Below are positions 1 to 7,423 of a stretch of DNA of 64,000 bases, piece by piece. Numbering within the stretch: position 1 is the first letter of the stretch; each line of letters opens with the position of its first letter. The stretch is from an uncultured Clostridia bacterium (GTDB lineage: Bacteria; Bacillota; Clostridia; Christensenellales; CAG-138): assembly GCA_947166925.1 (NCBI GenBank), contig CAMVGD010000002.1, positions 175 through 64,174 of the forward strand. The letters are read 5' to 3'. Below the pieces are notes generated by a model, which ran no database searches, was not told the origin of the DNA, and saw only the letters and a program-made list of their open reading frames with translations. The position numbers were made by a program, and so were the translations under genes.

Positions 1-848
1 TGCTGATGCGCGAGCGGAATGTTGTTTTCGATCAGCTTTGTCTGCACCGCATTGTTCAGCGCGAAGTAGACGGTCCAGTAGTCGCCGGACTTGAACCACG
101 CACGGAGCTTGAACGTCGGGAGACCGCCCTCGGTCACGGTGACGAAGGTCTCGGGCGCGGGATCCTCGAGCACCAGCTCGTGGGACTTTGCACATTCGAG
201 CATCAGCGCCTGCACCTTGTCGCGATCCGCAGCCGGGCTCAGCGTGATGTCGATGTCGAGACGGCGGAGCTCATTCGTGTTGAGGTTCTTGATCGCGGAG
301 TTGGCAAGCGCGCCGTTCGGCAGCGTGATGCGGAGATTGTCCAGCGTGTCGATCGTCGTGTAGAACAGCGTGACTTCGCGGACCGTGCCCTCATGCGAGC
401 CGTCGCTGATGAAGTCGCCGACGTGGAACGGACGGAACACCAGCAGCATGATGCCGCCCGCAAAGTTTGCCAGCGAGCCCTGCAGCGCCAGACCGATCGC
501 CAGACCGCAGGAGCCGAGCACCGCAATGATCGAAGCGGTCGGCACGCCGACGGTCGCTACCGCAAGCAGAATGACGAGCACGTACCCGAGCACCTTGACC
601 GCGCTGACCGCGACGGTCTGCACCTCGGATGCGAGCTTCTGATACCATTTGGTCTTTTTGATGATTCGGATGATCAGCTTCACGATCAGCAGACCGATGA
701 TCAGGATCGCCAGACCCGCAACGAGCTTCATTGCGAACGCGCCGATGCCGTCGCCGAATCTCTCCGAGATCGCATTGGACAGCCTTTGCGCCCAGGTCAG
801 CTTTTCTTCCACGTTCAGTTCCTCTGCCATAACCAGATTACCTACCAT
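1..848 (-). CDS. Small-conductance mechanosensitive channel (MscS family); C-terminus runs off the window start
   Basis: Own translation of the minus strand from ATG at 848 (preceded by AAGGAGGAAG): MVGNLVMAEELN..., TM helices, then LLVFRPFHVGDFISDGSHEGTVREVTLFYTTIDTLDNLRITLPNGAL, the MscS signature. Absent from the ORF track because there is no stop in the window; track ORF 6..890 (+) is its antisense shadow. Confidence 0.85.
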   Translation of the reverse strand, partial: MVGNLVMAEELNVEEKLTWAQRLSNAISERFGDGIGAFAMKLVAGLAILIIGLLIVKLIIRIIKKTKWYQKLASEVQTVAVSAVKVLGYVLVILLAVATVGVPTASIIAVLGSCGLAIGLALQGSLANFAGGIMLLVFRPFHVGDFISDGSHEGTVREVTLFYTTIDTLDNLRITLPNGALANSAIKNLNTNELRRLDIDITLSPAADRDKVQALMLECAKSHELVLEDPAPETFVTVTEGGLPTFKLRAWFKSGDYWTVYFALNNAVQTKLIENNIPLAHQ

Positions 849-1006
849 GATTCTTCCTCCTTATCGTTAATGAGTACAGATACAGTATAACAGACCGCAT
901 CCGCTTTGTTAAGAGCAAATCGCAAATTTATATATGATTTTGGGAGAACGGATCGAATGCGCAGAAATCGGCTTTGCCGTGAATTGCGGCAGCGCCGCAT
1001 ATAATC

Positions 1007-1060
1007 AGAAGATTCTCTGTCGGAGGATCTTCCCGAACATGCCGGCAGGCAAACATCACT
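1007..1060. repeat. REP-like intergenic palindrome, copy a (AGAAGATTCTCtgtcGGAGgATCTTCC + gaacatgccggcaggcaaacatcact tail)
   Basis: Imperfect 11-bp-arm hairpin plus tail. The same composite motif occurs at 3029-3055 and 3281-3356. Confidence 0.7.
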
Positions 1061-1073
1061 GCGCCGCAAGGCA

Positions 1074-1103
1074 CAAAAAAAGGGCGCCCGTTCGGACGCC
1101 CTC
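1074..1103 (-). terminator. Rho-independent terminator of the Na/Pi transporter gene
   Basis: Minus strand reads AGGGCG-loop-CGCCCT followed by TTTTTTT, just 3' of the stop at 1109. Confidence 0.6.
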
Positions 1104-1108
1104 GCGAT

Positions 1109-2758
1109 TCAGTTCTGTCCCGCTTCCGCGATGTTCAGCGCGTGGTCGGAGATACGCTCAAGGTCGGTCAGCGCTTCGACGTAGAGCATGCCGATCTCCG
1201 CAGAGCACTTGCCCTCCGAAAGACGCTTGATGTGGTTGTTCTCAAAGAGATCGACAAGGTCGTCGACCTCCTGCTCGCGCGCCGCAATGCTCGAAAGCGG
1301 CATCGCCTTCGGATCCAGCATGCAGGTATGCGCGTCCTCGACGATATTCAGCACCTTCAGAAACAGCGGTGCGATCTCGTCCATCGCCGCTTCGGAGAAG
1401 CTGAGCTTGCGGTCGCGCATGTGCCGGATATAGCCCGCGATGTTGTTCGCGTGGTCGCCGATGCGCTCGTAGTCGACGATGACGTGATGCATGCGGTCGA
1501 CCGAACGCGCGTCGGATTCGCCGAGACCGTTGCGGTTGATCTCCACGAGGTACTTCGAGATCTCGGAGTTCAGCCAGTCGAGCGTCTCCTCGTTTTCGTT
1601 GATGCCGTCAAGGTCGTTCTTGCGCGGCGCGGTCATCGCTGCGTAGGTCTTCTGGAGGTTCTCGTGCGCGATCTCATACATGCGCTCGGTCTCCTTCTCG
1701 ACCGAAGCGACCGCCGTCACGGAGGAACCGAAGTCCTTGCCGCCGACGATGTGGAGAAGCCGCCGCCCCTCGAGCTTGTCCTCGCCGCGGATGATGAGAC
1801 GCGAGAGCTTGATAAGCAGTCCGGAGAACGGGAACATGATGATCGTCGCGCCGAGCTTCAGGAACGTGTTCGCGTTCGCGAGCTGCTGCGCGTAGTTCTC
1901 CTTGCCGGAGATGTTCTCGATCAGCGTCAGCACGCCGGGGAAGACGGTCACGAGCAGTACGCAGATGATGCACGCGAATACGTTGAACAGCACATGGATG
2001 CAGGCGGTGCGCTTCGCGTCCTTGGTGCCGCCGATCGCGGCGAGCACCGAAACGGTCGTACAGCCGATGTTCTGTCCGCAGATCAGAAAGACCGCGGTCG
2101 AAAGCGGCAGCGCGCCCGCCATGGCGACCGCCATTGCCTGCAGCACGCCGACCGAAGCGGAAACGCTCTGCAGGATCATCGTCATCGCCGTGCCGACGAG
2201 CACCGCGAGGATCGGATTGCGGAGATTTGTGATCAGATTTCTGAACCAGACCACGTCGGCAAGGACTTTCATGTGGTCCTTCATGAGCGTCATGCCCATG
2301 AACAGCAGTCCGAGACCGGTCAGCGCGTACAGGATATCGCTCCACGGCCGCTTTTTCAGGAACGTCATCGCCATGACGCCGACGAACGCGATGATGGGCG
2401 CGTACATATCGACGTTGAACGCAATGAGCTGACCGGTGATCGTGGTACCGATGTTGGCGCCCATGATCACGCCGACCGCGTTGTCGAGCGGCATCAGTCC
2501 CGCGTTGACGAAGCCGACGGTCATGACCGAGATCGCGTTTGAACTCTGGATGATACCCGTGATGACCGTACCGACGAGCAGCCCCAGAAACCGGTTTTTC
2601 GTCAGTTTTTCAAGGATCGATTTGAGCTTTGCGCCCGCCAATCGCTCGATGCCGTTGCCCATGATCTTGATGCCGAACAGGAACACCGCGATACCCCCGA
2701 TGATCCCGAGCAGGTTTGCGATCGGCACGTGTTCGAGCGGCACATTTTCCAATAGCAT
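1109..2758 (-). CDS. Na+/phosphate cotransporter family protein with C-terminal PhoU-like repeats
   Basis: 549-aa ORF. N-terminal polytopic domain with duplicated QSSNAI/QSVSAS motifs typical of NptA-type Na/Pi carriers; C-terminus has two PhoU-like helical repeats (ERIGDHANNI, ERISDHALNI). RBS GGGAGGAAAG. Confidence 0.85.
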   Translation of the reverse strand: MLLENVPLEHVPIANLLGIIGGIAVFLFGIKIMGNGIERLAGAKLKSILEKLTKNRFLGLLVGTVITGIIQSSNAISVMTVGFVNAGLMPLDNAVGVIMGANIGTTITGQLIAFNVDMYAPIIAFVGVMAMTFLKKRPWSDILYALTGLGLLFMGMTLMKDHMKVLADVVWFRNLITNLRNPILAVLVGTAMTMILQSVSASVGVLQAMAVAMAGALPLSTAVFLICGQNIGCTTVSVLAAIGGTKDAKRTACIHVLFNVFACIICVLLVTVFPGVLTLIENISGKENYAQQLANANTFLKLGATIIMFPFSGLLIKLSRLIIRGEDKLEGRRLLHIVGGKDFGSSVTAVASVEKETERMYEIAHENLQKTYAAMTAPRKNDLDGINENEETLDWLNSEISKYLVEINRNGLGESDARSVDRMHHVIVDYERIGDHANNIAGYIRHMRDRKLSFSEAAMDEIAPLFLKVLNIVEDAHTCMLDPKAMPLSSIAAREQEVDDLVDLFENNHIKRLSEGKCSAEIGMLYVEALTDLERISDHALNIAEAGQN

Positions 2759-3028
2759 AAAGAGCTTTCCTCCCTCTCATACTCCTGTCTGTATCGTAAC
2801 AGAAACCATGCATGATTTCAACAGGGAAACGCAAAGAATTTGCGTAAAATCGGCGTAAAAAAGGACCGTTCCCAAAGAAAAAGCCGCTCCCCGAACCGTT
2901 CCCGGCAAAGGCGTGCCTGCGGCGCGTGAATGGACGGGCGGAGCCGTGGTGAATCGGCTGCGCAGCGAATTGACCTGACGCTCATGAATAACGCTGCGCG
3001 CATGAATTGCAACAAAGCCGCATAAAAA

Positions 3029-3086
3029 CAGAAGATTCTCCATCGGAGAATCTTCCCAGCGTGTCAAAAAATCTTTTGACACGCTG
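3029..3086. repeat. REP-like palindrome copy b (3031-3055) followed by a 13-bp-arm perfect palindrome CAGCGTGTCAAAA-aatc-TTTTGACACGCTG (3057-3086)
   Basis: GAAGATTCTCC-atc-GGAGAATCTTC perfect hairpin. The right arm of the second palindrome runs into the 201-bp element. Confidence 0.75.
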
Positions 3087-3281
3087 AACAGACTGTTGGG
3101 AAGGGAGACAGAATTCGTGTTTTCGCGACGGAGCTATACTAAAGTATGCGACCGAGCGAAAACGCGGATAATTTGCGGCGAAATAATAGAAAGAAAGGGC
3201 GCCCTCGCGCCCTTTCATCCGACAAGTATTCATTTGAACCATCTCGCCGCAAATGGTCTGACCCCTTTTACGACAGTCTGA
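3081..3281. repeat. 201-bp structured repeat element, copy 1
   Basis: Base-for-base identical (checked by hand) to the reverse complement of 20932-21132. Termini CAGACTGT/ACAGTCTG are complementary and there are several internal helices (see findings). Confidence 0.9.
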
Positions 3282-3356
3282 GAAGATTCTCCATCGGAGA
3301 ATCTTCCTGAACATGCCCGCAGGGCATACATCACTTGCCGCAGGCAAACATCACTC
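3281..3356. repeat. REP-like palindrome copy c plus two tandem ~20-bp units (gcccgcagggcatacatcact / tgccgcaggcaaacatcact)
   Basis: AGAAGATTCTCCatcGGAGAATCTTCC followed by tgaacat and tandem units. Abuts the stop codon of the ABC transporter gene at 3351. Confidence 0.75.
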
Positions 3357-5204
3357 TGCCGAAGACGCCTCCGTCTCCATTTCGATGACCTTGCGGAACT
3401 GCGTTTCGTAGAGCTCGCGGTAGACGCCGTTTTGCGCGAGCAGCTCGTCGTGCGTACCCTGCTCAGCGATCGTGCCGTTTGCGACGACCAGGATGCGGTC
3501 CGCCTTGAGGATCGTGGAGAGCCGGTGCGCGATGACGATGGTCGTGCGGCCCTGCATCAGACGCTCCAGCGCGTCCTGGATCGCGTTCTCCGAGATGGAA
3601 TCGAGCGCGCTTGTCGCCTCGTCGAGGATCAGGATGCTCGGATCCTTCAGGATGATCCGCGCGATGGAGAGCCGCTGCTTTTCGCCGCCGGACAGCTTAA
3701 GCCCGCGGTTGCCCACGACCGTATCGAGCCCGTCGGGCTGGTTTTCGATGAACTCCGTGAGGCTTGCCGTTCTGATCGCGTCCATCAGCTCCGCCTCGGT
3801 CGCGTCCTCCTTGGCGTAGAGCAGGTTCTCGCGGATCGTGCCGTTAAAGAGGTACGACTCCTGTGTGACCACGCCGATGCTGCCGCGTAAGTAAGCGAGG
3901 TCGAAGGAACGCACGTCGTTGCGTCCGATCAGCACGGAGCCCCGGTCCACGTCGTAGAGGCGGGGGAGCAGATTGACGATCGTGCTCTTGCCGGAGCCGG
4001 ACGGTCCGACGATCGCGTACATCTTTCCCGCGGGCACGGTAAAGTTGATGTCGGAAAGGAGCGGCTTGTCCGGGGAATAGGAGAACGCGACGTGCTCGTA
4101 GCGGATATCCTCGCCGCTGACGTTCGGACGGCGCGGGCGCTTCGGCTCCCGGATCGCCGGGACCATGTCGTAATAGTCGAAGATGCGGGTGAACAGCGCG
4201 AGCGAGCGCGTGAAGTCCACGTGAATGTTGAGAAGCGACTGGACCGGGCGGTAGAGCCGGTTGACGAGCATGACGGTCGAGGTGATGATACCGACGTTCA
4301 GCGTCGGATCGGTCTTCTGAATGATGAACCAGCCGCCGGCAAAATAGATCAAAAGCGGACCGATCTCCGTGAACATGCCCATCAGCACCATGAACCACTT
4401 GCCGCTGCGCTGCTCCTTCATCGAAAGCTTCGTGACCTCGTCGTTGACCGCCTCAAAGCGCGCCTGCTCGCGCTTTTCCCGCGCGAACAGCTTGACGAGC
4501 AGCGAGCCGGAGACCGACAGCGTTTCGTTGACGAGCTGGTTCATCTCGTCGTTCTTTTCCTGGCTCTCGGAAAGAAGCTTCCAGCGCGTCTTGCCCGCGG
4601 AGCGCGTCGGCAGGATCAGAAGCGGAATGACCACGATCCCGACCAGCGCGAGCTGCCAGCTCATGGTGAACAGCGCGACGAGCGTGGTCACGACGATCAC
4701 GATGTTGCGGACGATGCTCGTCAGCGTGCCCGAGATCACGCTCGAGACGCCGGCGATGTCGCTGTTCATGCGCGTGATGATGTCGCCCTGCTTTTCGGTG
4801 GTGAAGAACGCGTGCGGCATCGAAAGAAGATGCCCGTACATCTGGTTCTTCATATCGTAGATGATCTTATTCGAGATCCATGCGTTGATGTAGCTCTCGA
4901 GAACGCCGATCACCTGCGACACGGTCAGCGTCAGAAACGCCGCGATCAGAAGCTGGATCAGAAGCTTCATGTCCTTGCCGACCAGCGCCTCGTTGACGAT
5001 CCGGCCGGTGATGATGCTCGGCAGAAGCCCCACGCCCGCAGAGATCAGGATCGTCACAAAGACGAGCAGAAACTGCAGCCAGTACGGCTTCAGATAGCCG
5101 AGGATGCGCTTGATCAATTGCCAGCTGACCTTCGGTACGTTCTGTTTTTCTTCTTCGGTCAAAAAACCGCGCGGTCCCATACGACCGCCCATCGGACCCG
5201 CCAT
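3351..5204 (-). CDS. ABC transporter, fused permease/ATP-binding protein (MsbA/multidrug-exporter type)
   Basis: 617 aa. Six-TM exporter domain, then Walker A GPSGSGKST, signature LSGGEKQRLSIAR, Walker B ILILDEATSALD. RBS AGAGAGGAA. Confidence 0.9.
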   Translation of the reverse strand: MAGPMGGRMGPRGFLTEEEKQNVPKVSWQLIKRILGYLKPYWLQFLLVFVTILISAGVGLLPSIITGRIVNEALVGKDMKLLIQLLIAAFLTLTVSQVIGVLESYINAWISNKIIYDMKNQMYGHLLSMPHAFFTTEKQGDIITRMNSDIAGVSSVISGTLTSIVRNIVIVVTTLVALFTMSWQLALVGIVVIPLLILPTRSAGKTRWKLLSESQEKNDEMNQLVNETLSVSGSLLVKLFAREKREQARFEAVNDEVTKLSMKEQRSGKWFMVLMGMFTEIGPLLIYFAGGWFIIQKTDPTLNVGIITSTVMLVNRLYRPVQSLLNIHVDFTRSLALFTRIFDYYDMVPAIREPKRPRRPNVSGEDIRYEHVAFSYSPDKPLLSDINFTVPAGKMYAIVGPSGSGKSTIVNLLPRLYDVDRGSVLIGRNDVRSFDLAYLRGSIGVVTQESYLFNGTIRENLLYAKEDATEAELMDAIRTASLTEFIENQPDGLDTVVGNRGLKLSGGEKQRLSIARIILKDPSILILDEATSALDSISENAIQDALERLMQGRTTIVIAHRLSTILKADRILVVANGTIAEQGTHDELLAQNGVYRELYETQFRKVIEMETEASSAE

Positions 5205-5237
5205 AGTTCCTCTCTTTCCGCGGCGCCGCCGCTGTTG

Positions 5238-5963
5238 TCAGTTTCGTTTGATTCCCGTCAGATCCCGGATGATCTCGCCCGCCATGATCAGCCCCGCAAC
5301 CGAAGGCACAAAGGCGCAGCTGCCCGGCGTCTGCCGCTTTTGATGCGCGCCGTCCTCCTGTTCGGCGGGGGCGGGTTCGATCGGCGGCTCCTTCGAGTAC
5401 ACGACCTTGAGATGTTCGATCCCGCGCTTTCTGAGCTCGCGCCGCATGACCCGCGCGAGAGGGCACACGCTCGTCTTTGCAATGTCCGCGACCTCGAATG
5501 CCGTCGGGTCCAGCTTGTTGCCCGCGCCCATGCAGCTGATGATCGGTACATTCGCTTCGTGCGCCTGCTCGACGAGCCCGAGTTTTCCGGAGACCGTGTC
5601 GATCGCGTCGGCGACGTAGTCGTACTGCGAAAAGTCGAACCGGTCCGCGGTCTCGGGCAGGTAGAAGCAGCGGTGCGCGTGCACGACCGTCTCCGGGCAG
5701 ATCGCGGCGATCCGCGCCTTCACGACCTCGGTCTTCGGCAGCCCGACGTTGTCCCGCGTCGCGTATAAAAGACGGTTGAGGTTACTGAGCGCGATCACGT
5801 CGTCGTCGACGATGTCGAGCGTGCCGACGCCGCTTCGCGCAAGCGCTTCCACGACATAGCTTCCCACGCCGCCGAGCCCGAACACCGCAACGCGCGCCTT
5901 TTTCAGCCGTTCGATCCCGTCGTCCCCGATGAGCAGTCTCGTTCTTGTGAATTGATCCGCCAT
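5238..5963 (-). CDS. tcdA: tRNA threonylcarbamoyladenosine dehydratase (ThiF/MoeB-fold, TcdA/CsdL type)
   Basis: VAVFGLGGVGSYVVEALARSGVG..DIVDDD..SNLNR Rossmann motif and typical length. The track start at 5969 is a GTG; ATG at 5963 (MADQF...) is preferred, but the start is uncertain. Confidence 0.75.
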   Translation of the reverse strand: MADQFTRTRLLIGDDGIERLKKARVAVFGLGGVGSYVVEALARSGVGTLDIVDDDVIALSNLNRLLYATRDNVGLPKTEVVKARIAAICPETVVHAHRCFYLPETADRFDFSQYDYVADAIDTVSGKLGLVEQAHEANVPIISCMGAGNKLDPTAFEVADIAKTSVCPLARVMRRELRKRGIEHLKVVYSKEPPIEPAPAEQEDGAHQKRQTPGSCAFVPSVAGLIMAGEIIRDLTGIKRN

Positions 5964-6074
5964 GTGCACCCCGGTAAAAAGAATATAAAGAATATATAGA
6001 AATTATACGCCGCAAAAAGGCGGCGTGTCAAGGAATCGGGACAAAGTGAAATGGTTGACGGTGCCGTTCACGCC

Positions 6075-6677
6075 CTAACGGCATCGGAATTTGTACAGTC
6101 CGTCGTTTGACGCCTGTATCATGTCGCCCTTTTCGGTCTGCCGCATCACGGCGATGACGTCCATATAGTCCGGGCAGGGCGAGATCAGTCCCATAAATGC
6201 CGATACGATACACACGGTCAGAAGCGGCTTCAAGGTGATCGGAATAACCGCGAATGCAATCAGCGGGATGATGCCGAGAAGCGCAGGGGAAAGCGACATG
6301 ATGACATATCTTTTTCGCGTGATCGGATCAAACGATATGGCATATGCTGCAACCTTTTTCAGACAAAAACCGATCCATACTTCGGCCTGTTTCGGATAGC
6401 AGATTGCGTGCATCCATTCATGCAGCGGCAAAGCAACGATCATTCCGACTATAAGTGCCGGCAGGAGGAAGAGCGGCGCAACCGGCGATTCGTGATTGAG
6501 AGAAGCTTTCAGGAATAATGCCGAAAAACAGATCAGCATGGGCGGGATTCCGTAAGGCAGGCTGTCCCGGAACACATGATCTGATGTCTGAATCTTAACC
6601 GCGTTTTCAGGCAGAGGTCTTTCTGGGTGCGGTAAGCCCCATTCTGCTTGATTGCCCTCCCAAATCAACTTGGACAT
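6075..6677 (-). CDS. DUF3267-type putative membrane zincin peptidase
   Basis: HEWMH (HExxH) inside a polytopic membrane protein. Start moved to ATG at 6677 (MSKLIWEG, RBS GAAAGGAAG); the upstream 94 codons of the track ORF overlap the neighbouring gene and look non-coding. Confidence 0.6.
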   Translation of the reverse strand: MSKLIWEGNQAEWGLPHPERPLPENAVKIQTSDHVFRDSLPYGIPPMLICFSALFLKASLNHESPVAPLFLLPALIVGMIVALPLHEWMHAICYPKQAEVWIGFCLKKVAAYAISFDPITRKRYVIMSLSPALLGIIPLIAFAVIPITLKPLLTVCIVSAFMGLISPCPDYMDVIAVMRQTEKGDMIQASNDGLYKFRCR

Positions 6678-6820
6678 ATGCTTCCTTTCGAGACAAAGCT
6701 CCTGTTTGTTCGGATTCATCTTATCACGGATTTTGTCGGAGCGCAACAAAAGGCACAGTCGATTGAAAACAGGCTGCGCCTTTGAAGATTCTCCTTGACA
6801 AAATGCCGCGGAGGGGCTTT

Positions 6821-7423
6821 TTATTCGGCGCTTTCCGGTTCCATCTCCAGTACATAGCGCCCGGAGGCGTTGATGATGCGCGTGCCGTTGTAGGAAAGCT
6901 CGCGCGGGATGCCGTAAGCAAGATGTACGTGACCGTGGACGAGCACCTTCGGCTTCCATTTGTCCAGCATCGGTAAAAAAGCCTCGAATCCGCGGTGCGC
7001 GTAATCGTCCGCGTCGCCGTAGCCCTTCGGCGGACAGTGCGTCAGCACAATATCCACGCCTCCGGCTCGTTTCACCGCGCGGTTCAGCCGCCGGATGCGG
7101 CGCGCCATCTGCCGTTCGGTATACTGGTGATTTCCGCCGCTGTAGACCGCGCTGCCGCCGAGCCCCAGGATGCGCAGGCCGTTCACGGTCACGAGCCGGT
7201 CCTCGATGCAGTCGCAGCCCTCGGGCGGACGGACGTCGTAGCTTGTGTTGTGATTGCCGTGCACATACAGCATCGGGACGTTTGCCATAGTGACGAGAAA
7301 GGAGAGGTATTCCGCTTTGAGATCCCCCGCGGACAGGATCATATCATACTCCGCAAGCCGACCCGGTCGATAATAGTCCCAGAGCGCGGGCTCCTCCACG
7401 TCGGAAATCAGAAGGATCTTCAT
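6821..7423 (-). CDS. Calcineurin-like metallophosphoesterase family protein
   Basis: MKILLISDVEE..., GDL, VHGNHN, THCPP, VHGHVH motifs. ATG overlaps the upstream stop (ATGA), so it is co-transcribed with 7420..9414. The track ORF 6821..8137 is over-extended. Confidence 0.85.
   Translation of the reverse strand: MKILLISDVEEPALWDYYRPGRLAEYDMILSAGDLKAEYLSFLVTMANVPMLYVHGNHNTSYDVRPPEGCDCIEDRLVTVNGLRILGLGGSAVYSGGNHQYTERQMARRIRRLNRAVKRAGGVDIVLTHCPPKGYGDADDYAHRGFEAFLPMLDKWKPKVLVHGHVHLAYGIPRELSYNGTRIINASGRYVLEMEPESAE

Noticed and set aside
3096-3347. ORFs inside the 201-bp element (61 aa at 3096..3281+, 121 aa at 2982..3347-, and the matching 104-aa and 224-aa ORFs at 20.9 kb).
   Set aside because: They have no RBS and span hairpins and flanks that differ between the copies. 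The amino-acid identity simply reflects nucleotide identity, and the composition is not protein-like.
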